A stretch of 64,000 nt of DNA from the human T2T-CHM13v2.0 reference genome, Homo sapiens. The notes under the pieces are model-generated. The model made no database searches, had not been told where the DNA came from, and saw nothing but the letters and a program-made list of their open reading frames with translations. A program made the position numbers and the translations under genes. The stretch is taken from the NCBI RefSeq assembly GCF_009914755.1, contig NC_060939.1; one strand, given 5' to 3'. Shown here piece by piece: positions 26,051 to 38,369 of this stretch; the stretch's first letter is position 1; each line of letters starts with the position of its first letter.

Positions 26051-26381
26051 AAACTTAATGGCTTAAATATGTTCACTCTCTGATTTCACATTTTCTTCCA
26101 AATGGCCAGCGCCCGTTGCCCACTTCCTGCCCTAGGCTGATGACCTTGTGTAGCCAACCTGTATTGGCTTTTGGTTCTCCAGCATTTGAACCTGTTTGCA
26201 ATCCCCTGTTGTGTGGGTTTTGGTGAGAGGCAATAAATAAATAAATAGAAGGGTCAGAGGGTCACTCTCTCAACTGCCCTCAGCACCTGGGCTCAAGCAT
26301 ATGACCTAACGTGGGTCAATCTGGTGCTCTCAACCAGGACTTTGACTTCTGAGCTAGTAATACCAAGGCCCAGGGCTCTTG

Positions 26382-26575
26382 CATGGGTGTCCAGTCATTT
26401 GAATGTGAGGATGTTTTTGCTCATCTGTATTGGCAGATATCATGAAAATTATGCATGGGCCCTTTTTAAAAAAATTTTATCTCATCAGCTATCATTAGTG
26501 TTAGTGTGTTTTACATATGGCCCAGGACGATTCTTTCAATGTGGCCCAGGGAAGCCAAAAGGTTGGACACGCATG
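26382..26575. mobile_element. MER30/MER107-like hAT MITE
   Basis: Inverted ends CATGGGTGTCCA / TGGACACGCATG; GGCCCAGGGAAGCCAAAAG subterminal motif. Confidence 0.7.
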
Positions 26576-26894
26576 CTAGAGGTTATTCATATGGTGCCAT
26601 CACAAAGTGGTCTTGTGTTGGCGGCCCTATAGGAGGGGTTTTCACCAGACTGTTCTAATCTTTGCTAGTCTTGAGGTGTGCGAAGATGACTCCCCAATTT
26701 TTAATTATAGCTTTTACCTCTGTATTGAGCTCCAAACTTGCATATTCAGCTGTCCACTTGGTAGTTCCACCTGGATGTGTAATGAGCATCTCAGATATTA
26801 CGTGACCAAATCAAAACTTTTTACTTCCCACATCTTTGCTATTTATTAAATGGCACCACCGTCTGACCAGTTACTCAAATAAAAACAACCATGA

Positions 26895-27066
<172 letters not shown>

Positions 27067-30000
27067 TGTTCTTTTTCTTTTAATTTTCACATCTACACCT
27101 GCATGAGTCCTGTTAGCTATCTTGAAAGTTTAATCTGATTGCAATCACACTAGCATCTGGACTTCTGCAAAAATCTCGGTGGCAGGCTGGATGATCCCCC
27201 AGAGATGTCTATGTCCTAGTACATGGAATGCGTGCATTGCACTGGATCCAGTGCAATTCAACTACTGATGGAATATTCTTTGGGCTTTGTTTTTCTGTGG
27301 GAAATGACCAAGAGCACCTATTCAGAAGTCAAAGTGATCGGGGTTCAGATCCTACGTCTGCTACTTATTGATTATGTGGCCTCAGGCAACCTCTCAAGGC
27401 CTAAGTCTCTTCACTAGCAAAGTAACAAAATAATGCTTACTTCATTGAGATTATGAAGATTGTATAAAATACTATATGTAAGAGCCTTAGGCTTGCTCTA
27501 ATATGGTAAATATAGATGTTTAAATTAATTTTAAAATTTTAATTCCTCAATCACACTAGCCACATTTCAAGGATTCAGTAGCAATATGTGGCTTGGATAG
27601 TACAGATGTAGAGCATTTCCATCATCACAAATTCTACTGGACAGCGCTATCATTGATAACATTGGGCCTAGCACATAGTAAATGCCCAATAAACAGTATA
27701 GTATCAAATAGTGTTATTACTTATAGACCACACACCTTCCATCATTTCAACATCACCATCCTGATTTCTGCCATTATCTTAATACCACCTGTACTGTTAG
27801 TTAATATTTTTCTTTAAATTGACTCACTTTCTACTTGTGTATTTAATATCATGATCATAAGTGGAAAACCAGTATCATTTGCCATAAATAAAAGGGATCA
27901 TAAAAGGAAGTACTATGAAGTAAAATAATGTTGCTAAATTTAAATTTTTGAGATTAAAAAAATTAAAACAGTAAAAGCAATGATAAAGTTCATTGATTTA
28001 TAAGACTATATCTGAAAATAAATTCATCAGTGAGAAAAATGGTATTGTATGTGATCAATCAGGAATAAAGGTAGCTCAGGGGTACAATGAAATTGAGAGT
28101 TTATGTCAATATAACATGGTTAAATTTTGATGTTTTCCAGCACCCCAAATCCTAACTTGCAATTATGTGTGATTAGGGTAACATATCATTCATCAAATTG
28201 TAATTTAAATGCATAATAGAGATTAATGGCTTTTGGCCTTGGAGCAGAGCAGTATGTATGTGAGGCATGGCGCTGGGTCACTGTCTCTAAGTCATGCAGG
28301 CCACACACCTTCCTGCTCCCTCTCAGTTTTTCCTCTCCCTTTCACAGTTCTAGGAGAACCATGACATGAAAATGGTTCCCAAATCCTTTCCCACATCATG
28401 GGGGCTTCATCAAAGGCCTAGGCAGCACCAAGAGCAAAACGAAGGCCCTGGGCACAAAACACCGTACCAGCTTTGGCCACTTCCCCATGGGAAGACGGGC
28501 AGAGAAAAGTACCCCTGCTCCTCAGGGCCTAGCCGACCTAAGGGACCTGAATAAGTATGCTTGTTTGTACAACCTGAGATTGTCTCTCCCAAAATGCAGG
28601 GGTAATGTGTTTTTTCCTCAGACAGAGCACACTTTAATTTATTAGGTGTTTAATTAGAGTTGGTTTTGAATTAGGGTCAGGAATTTGGTTAGGGTTTGAA
28701 TTAGGGTCAAGGATCTTGTTCAGGTTAGGGTTGATTAATTTGCAGCTGCAGTTACTCTAATGCAATTACACTTTGCAGTGCCTGGAAAGTATAATGCTTA
28801 AAAACACAGTCGCTAGTTCCTGGATGGGGTTCCTAGCTGGGGTAGTCAAGGCTGCAATAAGCCATGATTGTGCCACTGCACTCCAGTCAGGGAAACAGTG
28901 AGATGCTGTCTCAAAAAAATTTTGTATTATGTTTAACCTATTATTAATAAGGAAACCAGATGTATGTTACAATCCATTCAAAGGGGAATCCAGTAAACAT
29001 CAGGAATTCTGGAATGAATTTGTAAATGGAAGTAAAATTGGATTTTGCACAGGAGGGACCCAGGGTTGTCCCTTCACTGAACAGAAGCATTTGTACATCC
29101 ATAGACAAGAATCCTCTGCATTGCCATTGAGTCTCTACAACCTACAGAGTTGTAAAATAGCGCAAAGGAAATAAAAGGCTAGAAATCAGCTAATCCAGAA
29201 GGCTGTGTTCTAATCAATGTATAATTTTTCATTGGAAACATCCACTATTTTTTATTTTGTTTTGTTTTTTGTTATTGTTGTTTTTGAGTTTATCTTTTTC
29301 TTTAATGTATTTGTTTCCACTAATCTTTTTTGCATATTCCAAAATTGCTTAAGTCTCTCTGTGCCTCAGTGTCCTCATCTGTAAAATGGGGAAGTCATAA
29401 AAGTGCCTACCTCATGTCAAGGGGAGGAGTAAATGAGCTAAGGGATGCATTATTACACTGCAGTCCCTTAGTTGGGAGTGGGCTGTTCTACGTCCTCCTC
29501 GTCAAGGTGGATTCATTCTACAGGAGCAGATTGCAACAAGACACTGTGCACCTTACGGAGGACTGGCCTCTGGGCTAGTTTAACTTTTCAGTTTCAGTCT
29601 GAGGGGAACTATACCTTGGGCTCTGAGCTGCCTCACCGTAGCTCCAGTGTGCTGATTTAAGGGTCAGTTCTGGATGAAGGAAGGAGGGTATCATCTAAAC
29701 ACATCGAGGAATGGCACTGGGCAGGTCTGGCTTTGGGATGACAAATTTTAGAACCTAAGGCTGGGAGACCTCCCACGTCAGCGGGAGGTGGTTAGCTCTG
29801 GTGGAGCCATCCTAGAGAAGGCCAGAGGAGTGGCCGGAGGGAGATGAGAGTGTGTCCTAGAAGCCTGGGTGCCCGGAGAGAGTAAACACCCTGAAGCCAC
29901 ACGTCAACACACTCCCTGGACTGAATCCACTCCAACACTGGCAGTTCCCAATTCCTTTATTCTTTTCTGCAGTCAGTTGGTCAACAAGTGTTCATTGTAT

Positions 30001-33000
30001 CTGCTCAGCCAACTCAGGGCTCCAGGAACTCTCTCCATCCCCACCCCAGGATGAAGTCCTGGATTTAAATCCCAAGCCCCAGTGTCCTAGAGAGACAGCA
30101 CAGGTGCCCTGGACTGTGAGTCAGAGACCCCAGGCTCACCCTGCTCCCCAACTTGCTGTGAGGCCCTGCACGAGGTACTTGCTTGCGCCCTATCCTCCAC
30201 AGGGAACCTGCCTCAGAGGGTTGTTGTCGGCTTTCAAGGACATAATCCACGTAAAGGGCTCATAGTAAACACCCAGTTGATGTATTTTTTAAAGTATTTT
30301 CACTGTTATGTTCAGGACTTAGGCTAGATTGCTAATGTCACTTCTACTTCCAAAATTCTTAGAACTGCTGCTTTTCTCCCCCCAGCCCCTTCTGGGGGCC
30401 CTAGGGAAGTTTCCGGAGCCCACAAGTGTCAGTGATTAACACTGGCCTTCCCCTCGCTCGCAGCAACGCCACCACGCCCTCCCTCCACGCGCCATCGCAG
30501 AGATGAGGAGTGGCCTCGACCTGCCTGTGACTCGTCTTGGGCCAGTAGGGGACGCCCTGGCCTCACCAGACGAGCGCAGCCATGGGCGACCGCCTCAGCC
30601 ACTCCCAGATCTTGCCCTGTCGTTTACCTTAGATCAACCCTAAGAATATCCAAGATCGTGGTCATTATTTTTCAAAATTACTTCTGTGGAGGCTAGAACT
30701 TTCCGTGTTACAGAAAGATTATCATTCATCCATTCACTGAACAAGGCTAAACAAGCAGTGTTTGGCACTGTTCTAGGTGCAAGAAGCTGACTGACTTCTC
30801 CACTAGAGAAGAGACTATTTTTTTCTCAGATAATAGCTTGCTTATATTTATTGAGAAGTTACTAAGTGCCAGGTTCATTTCTAGGTGCTTACATGTATCC
30901 ACTTTTGAGCCCCCAATAGTCCTGTGAGGTGAGCGTTGTTCTAGCTGAGGAGCCTGCCACCTCTGTGCGAAGAAGCACTTGCAAATGAGTGTAGCCTGCG
31001 GGCAGCTCAGGAGTGCTGAGCTTTCAGCTGTCTTTCAGCTGTCCAAAGAGGTGACAAGAAGGGAGGGAAGGCAGAAAAGAGACCAGCTCTAGGCAGAGTG
31101 GAACAAACTGGGACTCTCTCTCCACTCCTCATCTTTCCCTCCCTCTGGGTGTGGGTTCCTATCCCAAGCCCCTGTCCCCCTCCCACTCCCATGCAGAATC
31201 CTGTCTCCTTAATCCTGTCTTTGGATTCCAGGTCCAACTTGGCATTTCTTGGCTGTATCTCTGAAGGAAAGTCATCTTAATCTCTATGAGCCTCCATTTC
31301 CTCAGCTGTAAAATGGGAAGATCTTCCTCACACTGCTGTGGTGAGTTCAGTGTGACAATGTGAATATAAAAGCTTATACGTGAGAAAGCATGGCAGAAAA
31401 GCTAGGTTTCATTGTTCTTTTCCTCTCCTTCTCAAGCAGTACCCTGAGTAGAAATATTCGGTCGTGCAAAACACCCCTCCCTCCCTCCCCATCAAAATCC
31501 CAGTCTCTCACTAAGCTCAGCTAGCTGTGTGGAGGCAACCCATCTGGTAGCTAAATCACACGAACATGTTCAGGACAAATGGTTAGTATGTCACACGCCC
31601 TCCATTTGTGGAGGAAACTTAGGTGATGTTAAACAAAGAACAGACTCTAATGGTGGGATTTCTGGTATAGGGGCTTTGGGGAGATACAAAGGAATTGCCA
31701 GTACCCTCTAGGCTACACTCCATGGGCAGCCCCTGGCCCCACATGCCTGGAAGGCCATCCTTGTACAGAATCAGGTGGTGGCACTCAAGAAATGTGTGTG
31801 AACTTTAAGAGGTTCTCCCCTTCTCATCTAGGATTTCCTTCCTTGCTGAACCTCAAGAAGGGGGCCAGCATACCCCATATTGTAAGAGGGGAAACTGAGG
31901 CCAGGAAAGGCAAGCATAGTTATTGCAAGCATAGTTATTCCCAGCCAGGCTGGAAGTCTGGGGCATGAGCACCTATTCCTGCCCTCCTCCTCCCCACACT
32001 TTCATGGGTTTAGTGGGTGGGGGAGGGGCTCCCTTATTCAGGATGATTAGGGGTCCCCAATTTAAAGTTTCCTGTCTGAAAGTCAAGGACAGGAAATTAT
32101 ATAGCCAGAGTTCTGCACAAATTACCCAACAGGTGTCTCGACTCCCCAAAGCGACAGATGCTGTTCATCTCTTGGCCTCTGTGTCATCATTCATCCTTGA
32201 TTGTTCGGGGAAGCCCACTCCACCTCTGTGACAGACCCACAGATGCAGATTTACACAGGGAATCCTAGACAGACACAATGAAGAAACTCCCATCTGATCA
32301 GAGCCAAGTCCCAGTAATAACATCAATGAATCATTGACTTCAGTGAGTCACAATATTGAGCTGGAAGAGGCCTCCAAGACCTTTTTAGTCCAACCCTTTA
32401 CCTGCTAGTTATTCACAAGTGAATAGAAACTGAGTGAGGTCCAAAGAGGGAAAATGACTTGACCAAGATCACAAAGCTTGGTAATGCCAAAGGTGAGACT
32501 GGAAGCCCCGAGCCCTGAGCCCCAGGCCCATGCACTTTCCACACACCCCTCTGCCTGCCACAACCTAGCTGGCACAGAGAGCAGGAGGGAGGGCATAGGC
32601 CCCTCATGACTTAGCCAAGGGCAGCTCAGTGTCTCCATGCAGGTGGACTCCGTGTGTCAGCTTCAGCCCTCCCTTGGGAAGGGAAGGGCCTGGGGCCGTC
32701 CTCACACCCCAGGCGCCAGGCCACGGAGCTATAGGAGGCAGCTTCCTGCTTGGCCCTTATCCAAGGCCATTTCACAATGGGGGGAAAAGCGCTGAGCTGA
32801 GAGTCCCGGGTTGCTGCTCACTCCACCCCCACTCCAGCCCCTTTCAGACCCCCCAGGGACAACGAGCCAGGCCCGGCCTGAGGCTTGGGGTGAAGAGAGC
32901 TGCAAGAATGGAGACAGGCTGAACAGCCCCTTTTGGGAGTGTTCTATGAGCTGTGTCCCTGGAACTGGACGAGGGCACCACCTTGCATATTACCAGCACT

Positions 33001-34188
33001 ATCCCCCTTCCCTTGCCGTCCACCTGCAAGCATTCAGGCTGGGGAAGTCCCTTCTGGGACAGGAGTGGTCGCTTCCAGTCAGCCCCATAGCACTCTCATG
33101 ATTAGTCAGAGGGGAACCTGGAGGCAAGAAGGCCCACAAGCTGGGAGACGGCAAGGCCTGGGTCACTTCCTGCAGTGAGGCAACGTGACTACCAGGCAGA
33201 GGAGCCCAAATTTCTCCTCCCAAGATGCTACAGGGTCTGGGGTGAACTGTGGCTCAGCTGACTGAAATTCAGGCAGGAACCAAGACAGAGACACTGAGAC
33301 GGGACATTCAGCCAGGATTTATTATGCCCTTACACACAGGGTCGGCTCTGAGCTCAGCTCCGTAAGGGATCTCGTTTGAAGTAGGAGGCAGTGGTTAAGG
33401 ACCCAAATCATCCTGTCTTCAAGTCTTGAAGAGGAGACAAAACAAACCTAGGTGAAATGTCAAACCACAAGACAAGGCAGTGTGAAATGAGGGCCCACAC
33501 TCTCATGCTGGACAGTCCAGTATGGCCAGTGAAGCGGGGGTGGGGAGGGAGTCACTGCAGACAAAGCTTCGGGGAAGAGATGGAACCGAGAATGATGGGG
33601 AGAACTTGACTCTGCAGACAGGATGGGAAAGATCTTTCAGACAGGGAAAGGAAGACAAGGCAGAAATCAACCTGCATACGTGAGGACAGGACCCTGTTTG
33701 CACCAGGGGTGGTCAGCCACGAGGCTGGAAATGTGCCTGGCCACAGGGCACTTCCTCACTCTGAGCTCTTGCTACTTGAACACAGCCTTCCTTGGTATCC
33801 GTGGGAAGTTGCTGGCCTACTGAGGCAGGATACCACACGGAGAACTAGGCAGGGGCGTGGAGGTGTCAAGGAACTCAGCCCCTTGGTGGAGGAGCCCTCT
33901 GACAACAGGAAGCAGCTGCAACGGGCTCCAGGGCTGTACTGGTATCTGCAACTCTCCCCCTACCCTGGCTGCACCCTGCAGAACAAACTGTTCTTCAAGA
34001 AGTTCTGGGGACAGAGGGCCCACACCTGCTCCCAGGTCGGGGTGGATAAACCCCCATCAGCCAGGCTGGGAGCCCAGCAGAGGCATCACACAGCTCAGCA
34101 GCCCTCCTCACCCCCTGGCCCCCTGCCTCCTCCTACCCCAGACCAGGTTGCAGTTGACTAGGGCAATATAACACAAAACAAGAGCTTT

Positions 34189-34373
<185 letters not shown>

Positions 34374-35719
34374 TAAATACCTCATCCTGGAACTTCCAAC
34401 AATGTCTCCAAAAATAGTACCTAAACTCCAGGCCTCAAACTCTAAATTGAGTGGGGATGTGAAGTGGTTGTGGCCTTACAGAAACAGCACTGGAGTGGCA
34501 GCCGAAGTGCTGAGTTCTAATCTGAATTCTGCCACTCATTGGCGTGGGACCTTGGACAAGTCACTTTTTGCCGGACTTGAGTTTCTTCCTCTGTAACTTG
34601 GGGAGTTGGGATTGAGCTGTAAAGTCCCTTCCAGTTTTAAATGTGAGACTCCAATGCTGTCAGGTAACTTTGGGATTGCTGTAATGACTGTTTGGGGGCT
34701 AGTATAGCTGGGAAAGAAATTAGGATGAGAATCCAATTGAGGGCAAGATAAAATGGAATTGTATTCTATTCAGAACTTGAAATAGGATGGGATTTTGTTT
34801 TCCCCAGATCCTCACCATAAAGAGATTTGGGAGAAAATCTTGGGAGATTTGGACTCAGAATATCTTAAGAGGTAGTATTCTAGAAGATTGCCCAACACTT
34901 GGTGGGGAAGAGCAAGAATTCTTCCAGATTGCTTGACAAGCAGAACATGGGGAGTGGGTCACAGTAATACCAGGAAAGACACATCCCATCCTCCCAACCC
35001 TCTTTTCCACTGAAGCTGCTCCTTACAATTCCTGTAACTGGGGACCAGGCCTTTCATTCCAGTTACAGCTAAAACTTAACATGGCCATTTAAATTTCCCT
35101 GAGGGTATAAATGGCTAATATTATCTCCTTCTAAGACCCAGCATATGCTGAGAGAGGCCTTCAGAGGAGGTGGGGGCTGGAAGAAGGAGTGAAGGTGGAG
35201 GCCCAAAGATCACGCAGGAGCCATGCTTTTTCTGAAGCCAGATCTAGGCCTAGCAACTCAGAGCAGTTCCCCGTGGGCAGTGATGTGGAAGAAGGCCCTG
35301 GGCTTCCTAAGTGCCTCTAGGTCACTTTGTGAAACCTCTCACATGGGCCTGCCTGGGAGGAGGAGCCCAGTGTAGCCCCCACCTGTCTGCTGCCTGCTCA
35401 TCTTCCAGGGTGTTGAGGGGATGGGTAGCATGGCTGTCTGCCCCCACCAATTACCCACATGGCTTGGGTCAACCAGACTCTGTCAGAGCTGTTGAAGGAG
35501 ACATAAACCTAGGCTTTTGGAGGCAGCTTCAGGGAAAGGTGGAGTGTGTGAGGTGGAAGGTGGGTGAGAAAGTGTGCAAGGGGGAACACACTGTTCTCTA
35601 CTGGCCCTTTGCCAAACAGCAAGGGAGAGAGGAGTAACAAGGCCAGACTATGGCCATGTTTAGTGGTTTTCAACTGCGGCCCAAAATGAGGCAGACATAG
35701 GCTAGGCATGGTCTAGCCC

Positions 35720-35720
<1 letters not shown>

Positions 35721-35763
<43 letters not shown>

Positions 35764-37870
35764 GGGGAGTGTGAGGAAGTTGTGAGGGTGTGTGGTGTGT
35801 GGGGGAGTGGTGTGTGTGGGGGGTGTGGTGTGTGTGAGGAGTGTGTGGTGTGTGGGGGATTGTGGTGTGCGGGGGCGGTGGTGTGTGTGGTGTGGGGTGT
35901 GGTGTGTGCGTCTGTGTGGTTGTGTGTGGTGTGTGGGGAGGTGTCATGTGGCATGTGTGGGGGGTTGTGTGTGTGTGAGGAGTGTGTAGTGTGGGGGGGG
36001 TTTGTGTGTGCATGGTGTGTGTGCGCGTGTGAGGGGGTGTGGTATGCATGGGCAGTGGTGTATGTGGTGTGTGGGGGGTGGTGTGTGGTGTGTGTGTGTG
36101 GTGTGTAGGGGTGGTGTGTGGTGTGTGTGTGGTTGTGTGGGGGTGTGGTATGTGTGGTGTGTGTGTGTGTGTGGTGGGGGGGTGTGGTATGCAGGGGCGG
36201 TGGTGTGTGTGGGGCATATGGGGGGGTGGTGTGTGTGTGGTGTGGGGGGGTGTGATGTGTGTGTCTGTATGTGGTGGGGGGTGGTGTGTGTATGAGGAGT
36301 GTGTAGTGTGTGGGGGGTTGGTGTGTGGTGTGTGTGCGTGTGTGAGGGGGTGTGGTGTGTGGGGGGTGGTGTGGGTGTGTGTGTGTTGTGTGGGGGGTGG
36401 GGTGTGGTGTGTGGAGGGTGGTGTGTGGTGTGTGTGTGTGGTTGTGTGGGGGTGTGGTGTGTGTTGTGTATGTGTGGTGTGTGGTGTGTGTGTGGGGTTG
36501 TGGTGCATGTGTGGTATGTGTGTGCGTGGTGTGTGTGTGGGGTGGTGTGCGTGTGGTGTGTGGCGTGTGTGGGGTTGTGTGTGTGTGGCGTGTGTGTGGG
36601 GTTGTGGTGTGTGTGTGGTGTGTGTGTGGGGTTGTGTGTGTGTGGTGTGTGTGTGGTGTGTGGGGGTGTGGTGTGTGGGGGGGTGTGGTGCGGTGTGCGT
36701 GTGGTGTGTGGGTGTGTGTGTGTAAGGAGGTAGTGTGTGTGGATGTGTGTAGGGGGTGTGGGGTGATGGTGCGTGTGTGGTATGGGGGTGTGTGGTGTGT
36801 GTGTCTGGAGTGGGGAGTGTGTGGTGTGTGGGGGAGTGGTGTGTGGGGGAGTGTGGTGTGCGGGGGCGGTGGTATGTGTGGTGTGGGGTGTGGTGTGTGC
36901 GTCTGTGTGTGTGGTTGTGTGTGGTGTGTGGGGAGGTGTCATGTGGCATGTGTGGGGGGTTGTGGTGTGTGTGTGAGGAGCGTGTAGTGGGGGGGTTTGT
37001 GTGTGCATGGTGTGTGTGCGCGTGTGAGGGGGTGTGGTATGCATGGGCAGTGGTGTATGTGGTGTGTGGGGGGTGGTGTGTGGTGTGCGTGTGTGGTGTG
37101 TAGGGGTGGTGTGTGGTGTGTGTGTGGTTGTGTGGGGGTGTGGTATGTGTGTGGTGTGTGTGTGATGTGTGGTGTGGGGGGGGTGTGGTATGCAGGGGCG
37201 GTTGTATGTGTGGGGCATATGGGGGGGTGGTGTGTGTGTGGTGGGGGGTGTGATGTGTGTGTCTGTGTATGTGGTGGGGGGTGGTGTGTGTATGAGGAGT
37301 GTGTAGTGTGTGGGGGGTTGGTGTGTGTGCGTGTGTGAGGGTGTGTGGGGGGTGGTGTGGGTGTGGGTGTGTTGTGTGGGGGGTGGGGTGTGGTGTGTGG
37401 AGGGTGGCGTGTGTGTGGTGTGTGGGGGGTGGTGTGTGGTGTGTGTGTGTGGTTGTGTGGGGGTGTGGTGTGTGTTGTGTATGTGTGGTATGTGGGGTGT
37501 GTGTATGGTGTGTGGTGTGTGTCTGGGGTTGTGGTGTATGTGTGGTGTGTGTGGTGCGTGGTGTGTGTGGGGGGTGGTGTGCGTGTGGTGTGTGGTGTGT
37601 GTGTGGGGTTGTGTGTGTGTGGTGTGTGTGTGGTGTGTGGGGGGTGTGGTGTGTGGGGGTGTGTGGTGCGGTGTGGGTGTGTGTGTGTAAGGAGGTAGTG
37701 TGTGTGGATGTGTGTAGGGGGTGTGGGGTGATGGTGCGTGTGTGGTATGGGGGGTGTGGTGTGTGTGTCTGGAGTGGGGAGTGTGTGGTGTGTGGGGAGG
37801 GTGGGGATGTGTGTGTGGAGTGTGGGGGTGTGTGGTGTGTGTGTGGAGTGTGGTGTGTGGGGAGGGGGCG
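35721..37870. repeat. 2.1-kb GT-rich low-complexity array starting with pure (TG)20, with ~1-kb higher-order duplication
   Basis: Almost only G/T on plus; rare landmark motifs recur 965-1001 bp apart. Confidence 0.95.
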
Positions 37871-38369
37871 GGTGTTGGCCTGGGTGAGCCCTGGCAATCG
37901 CAGCAGAGAAGATGCCAAAATTTTGTATTTACTGTCAGGGCAATGATGCTGGAACTGCAGATCCAGCGCCCCGAAACCCGGCCCATCCCAAGACACTGCT
38001 TCTCACAGCCAACAGAGGAAGGAGGGAGGGGGAGAGGCCTGAAGCCGAGGCTTCTTCTTGAGGAATGCTCGCCAGGCCAGCAGCCTTCCTCACTTCAATG
38101 CAGCCTTCCCCTTCTATCCACCGATGAGCATTTAGCGGGCAACTCCTTTGTCCAGGGCAAGCCTTCCCCAGGTCTCTCTCTTCAAAAGCAGATGCTACCT
38201 AGTGGGAGGTGCGGAGTTATACATGCAAGAAAGGGCTACAGGACAGCATCACTAGTACCAAGCTGTGAAGGAGGTGGACTTTGAAGGGAAGAAAGAATTT
38301 AGAAAAACAGACTAGTGGACTAGTTACTGCGGGGAGCAGAGTGCCATTTCAGGCAGGAGAAGGAGTGTG

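Noticed and set aside
35702-37996. 764-aa and 680-aa His/Thr/Pro-rich ORFs and many Cys/Val/Gly-rich ORFs
   Set aside because: Translation of a GT/CA array that can rarely form stop codons; no coding signal
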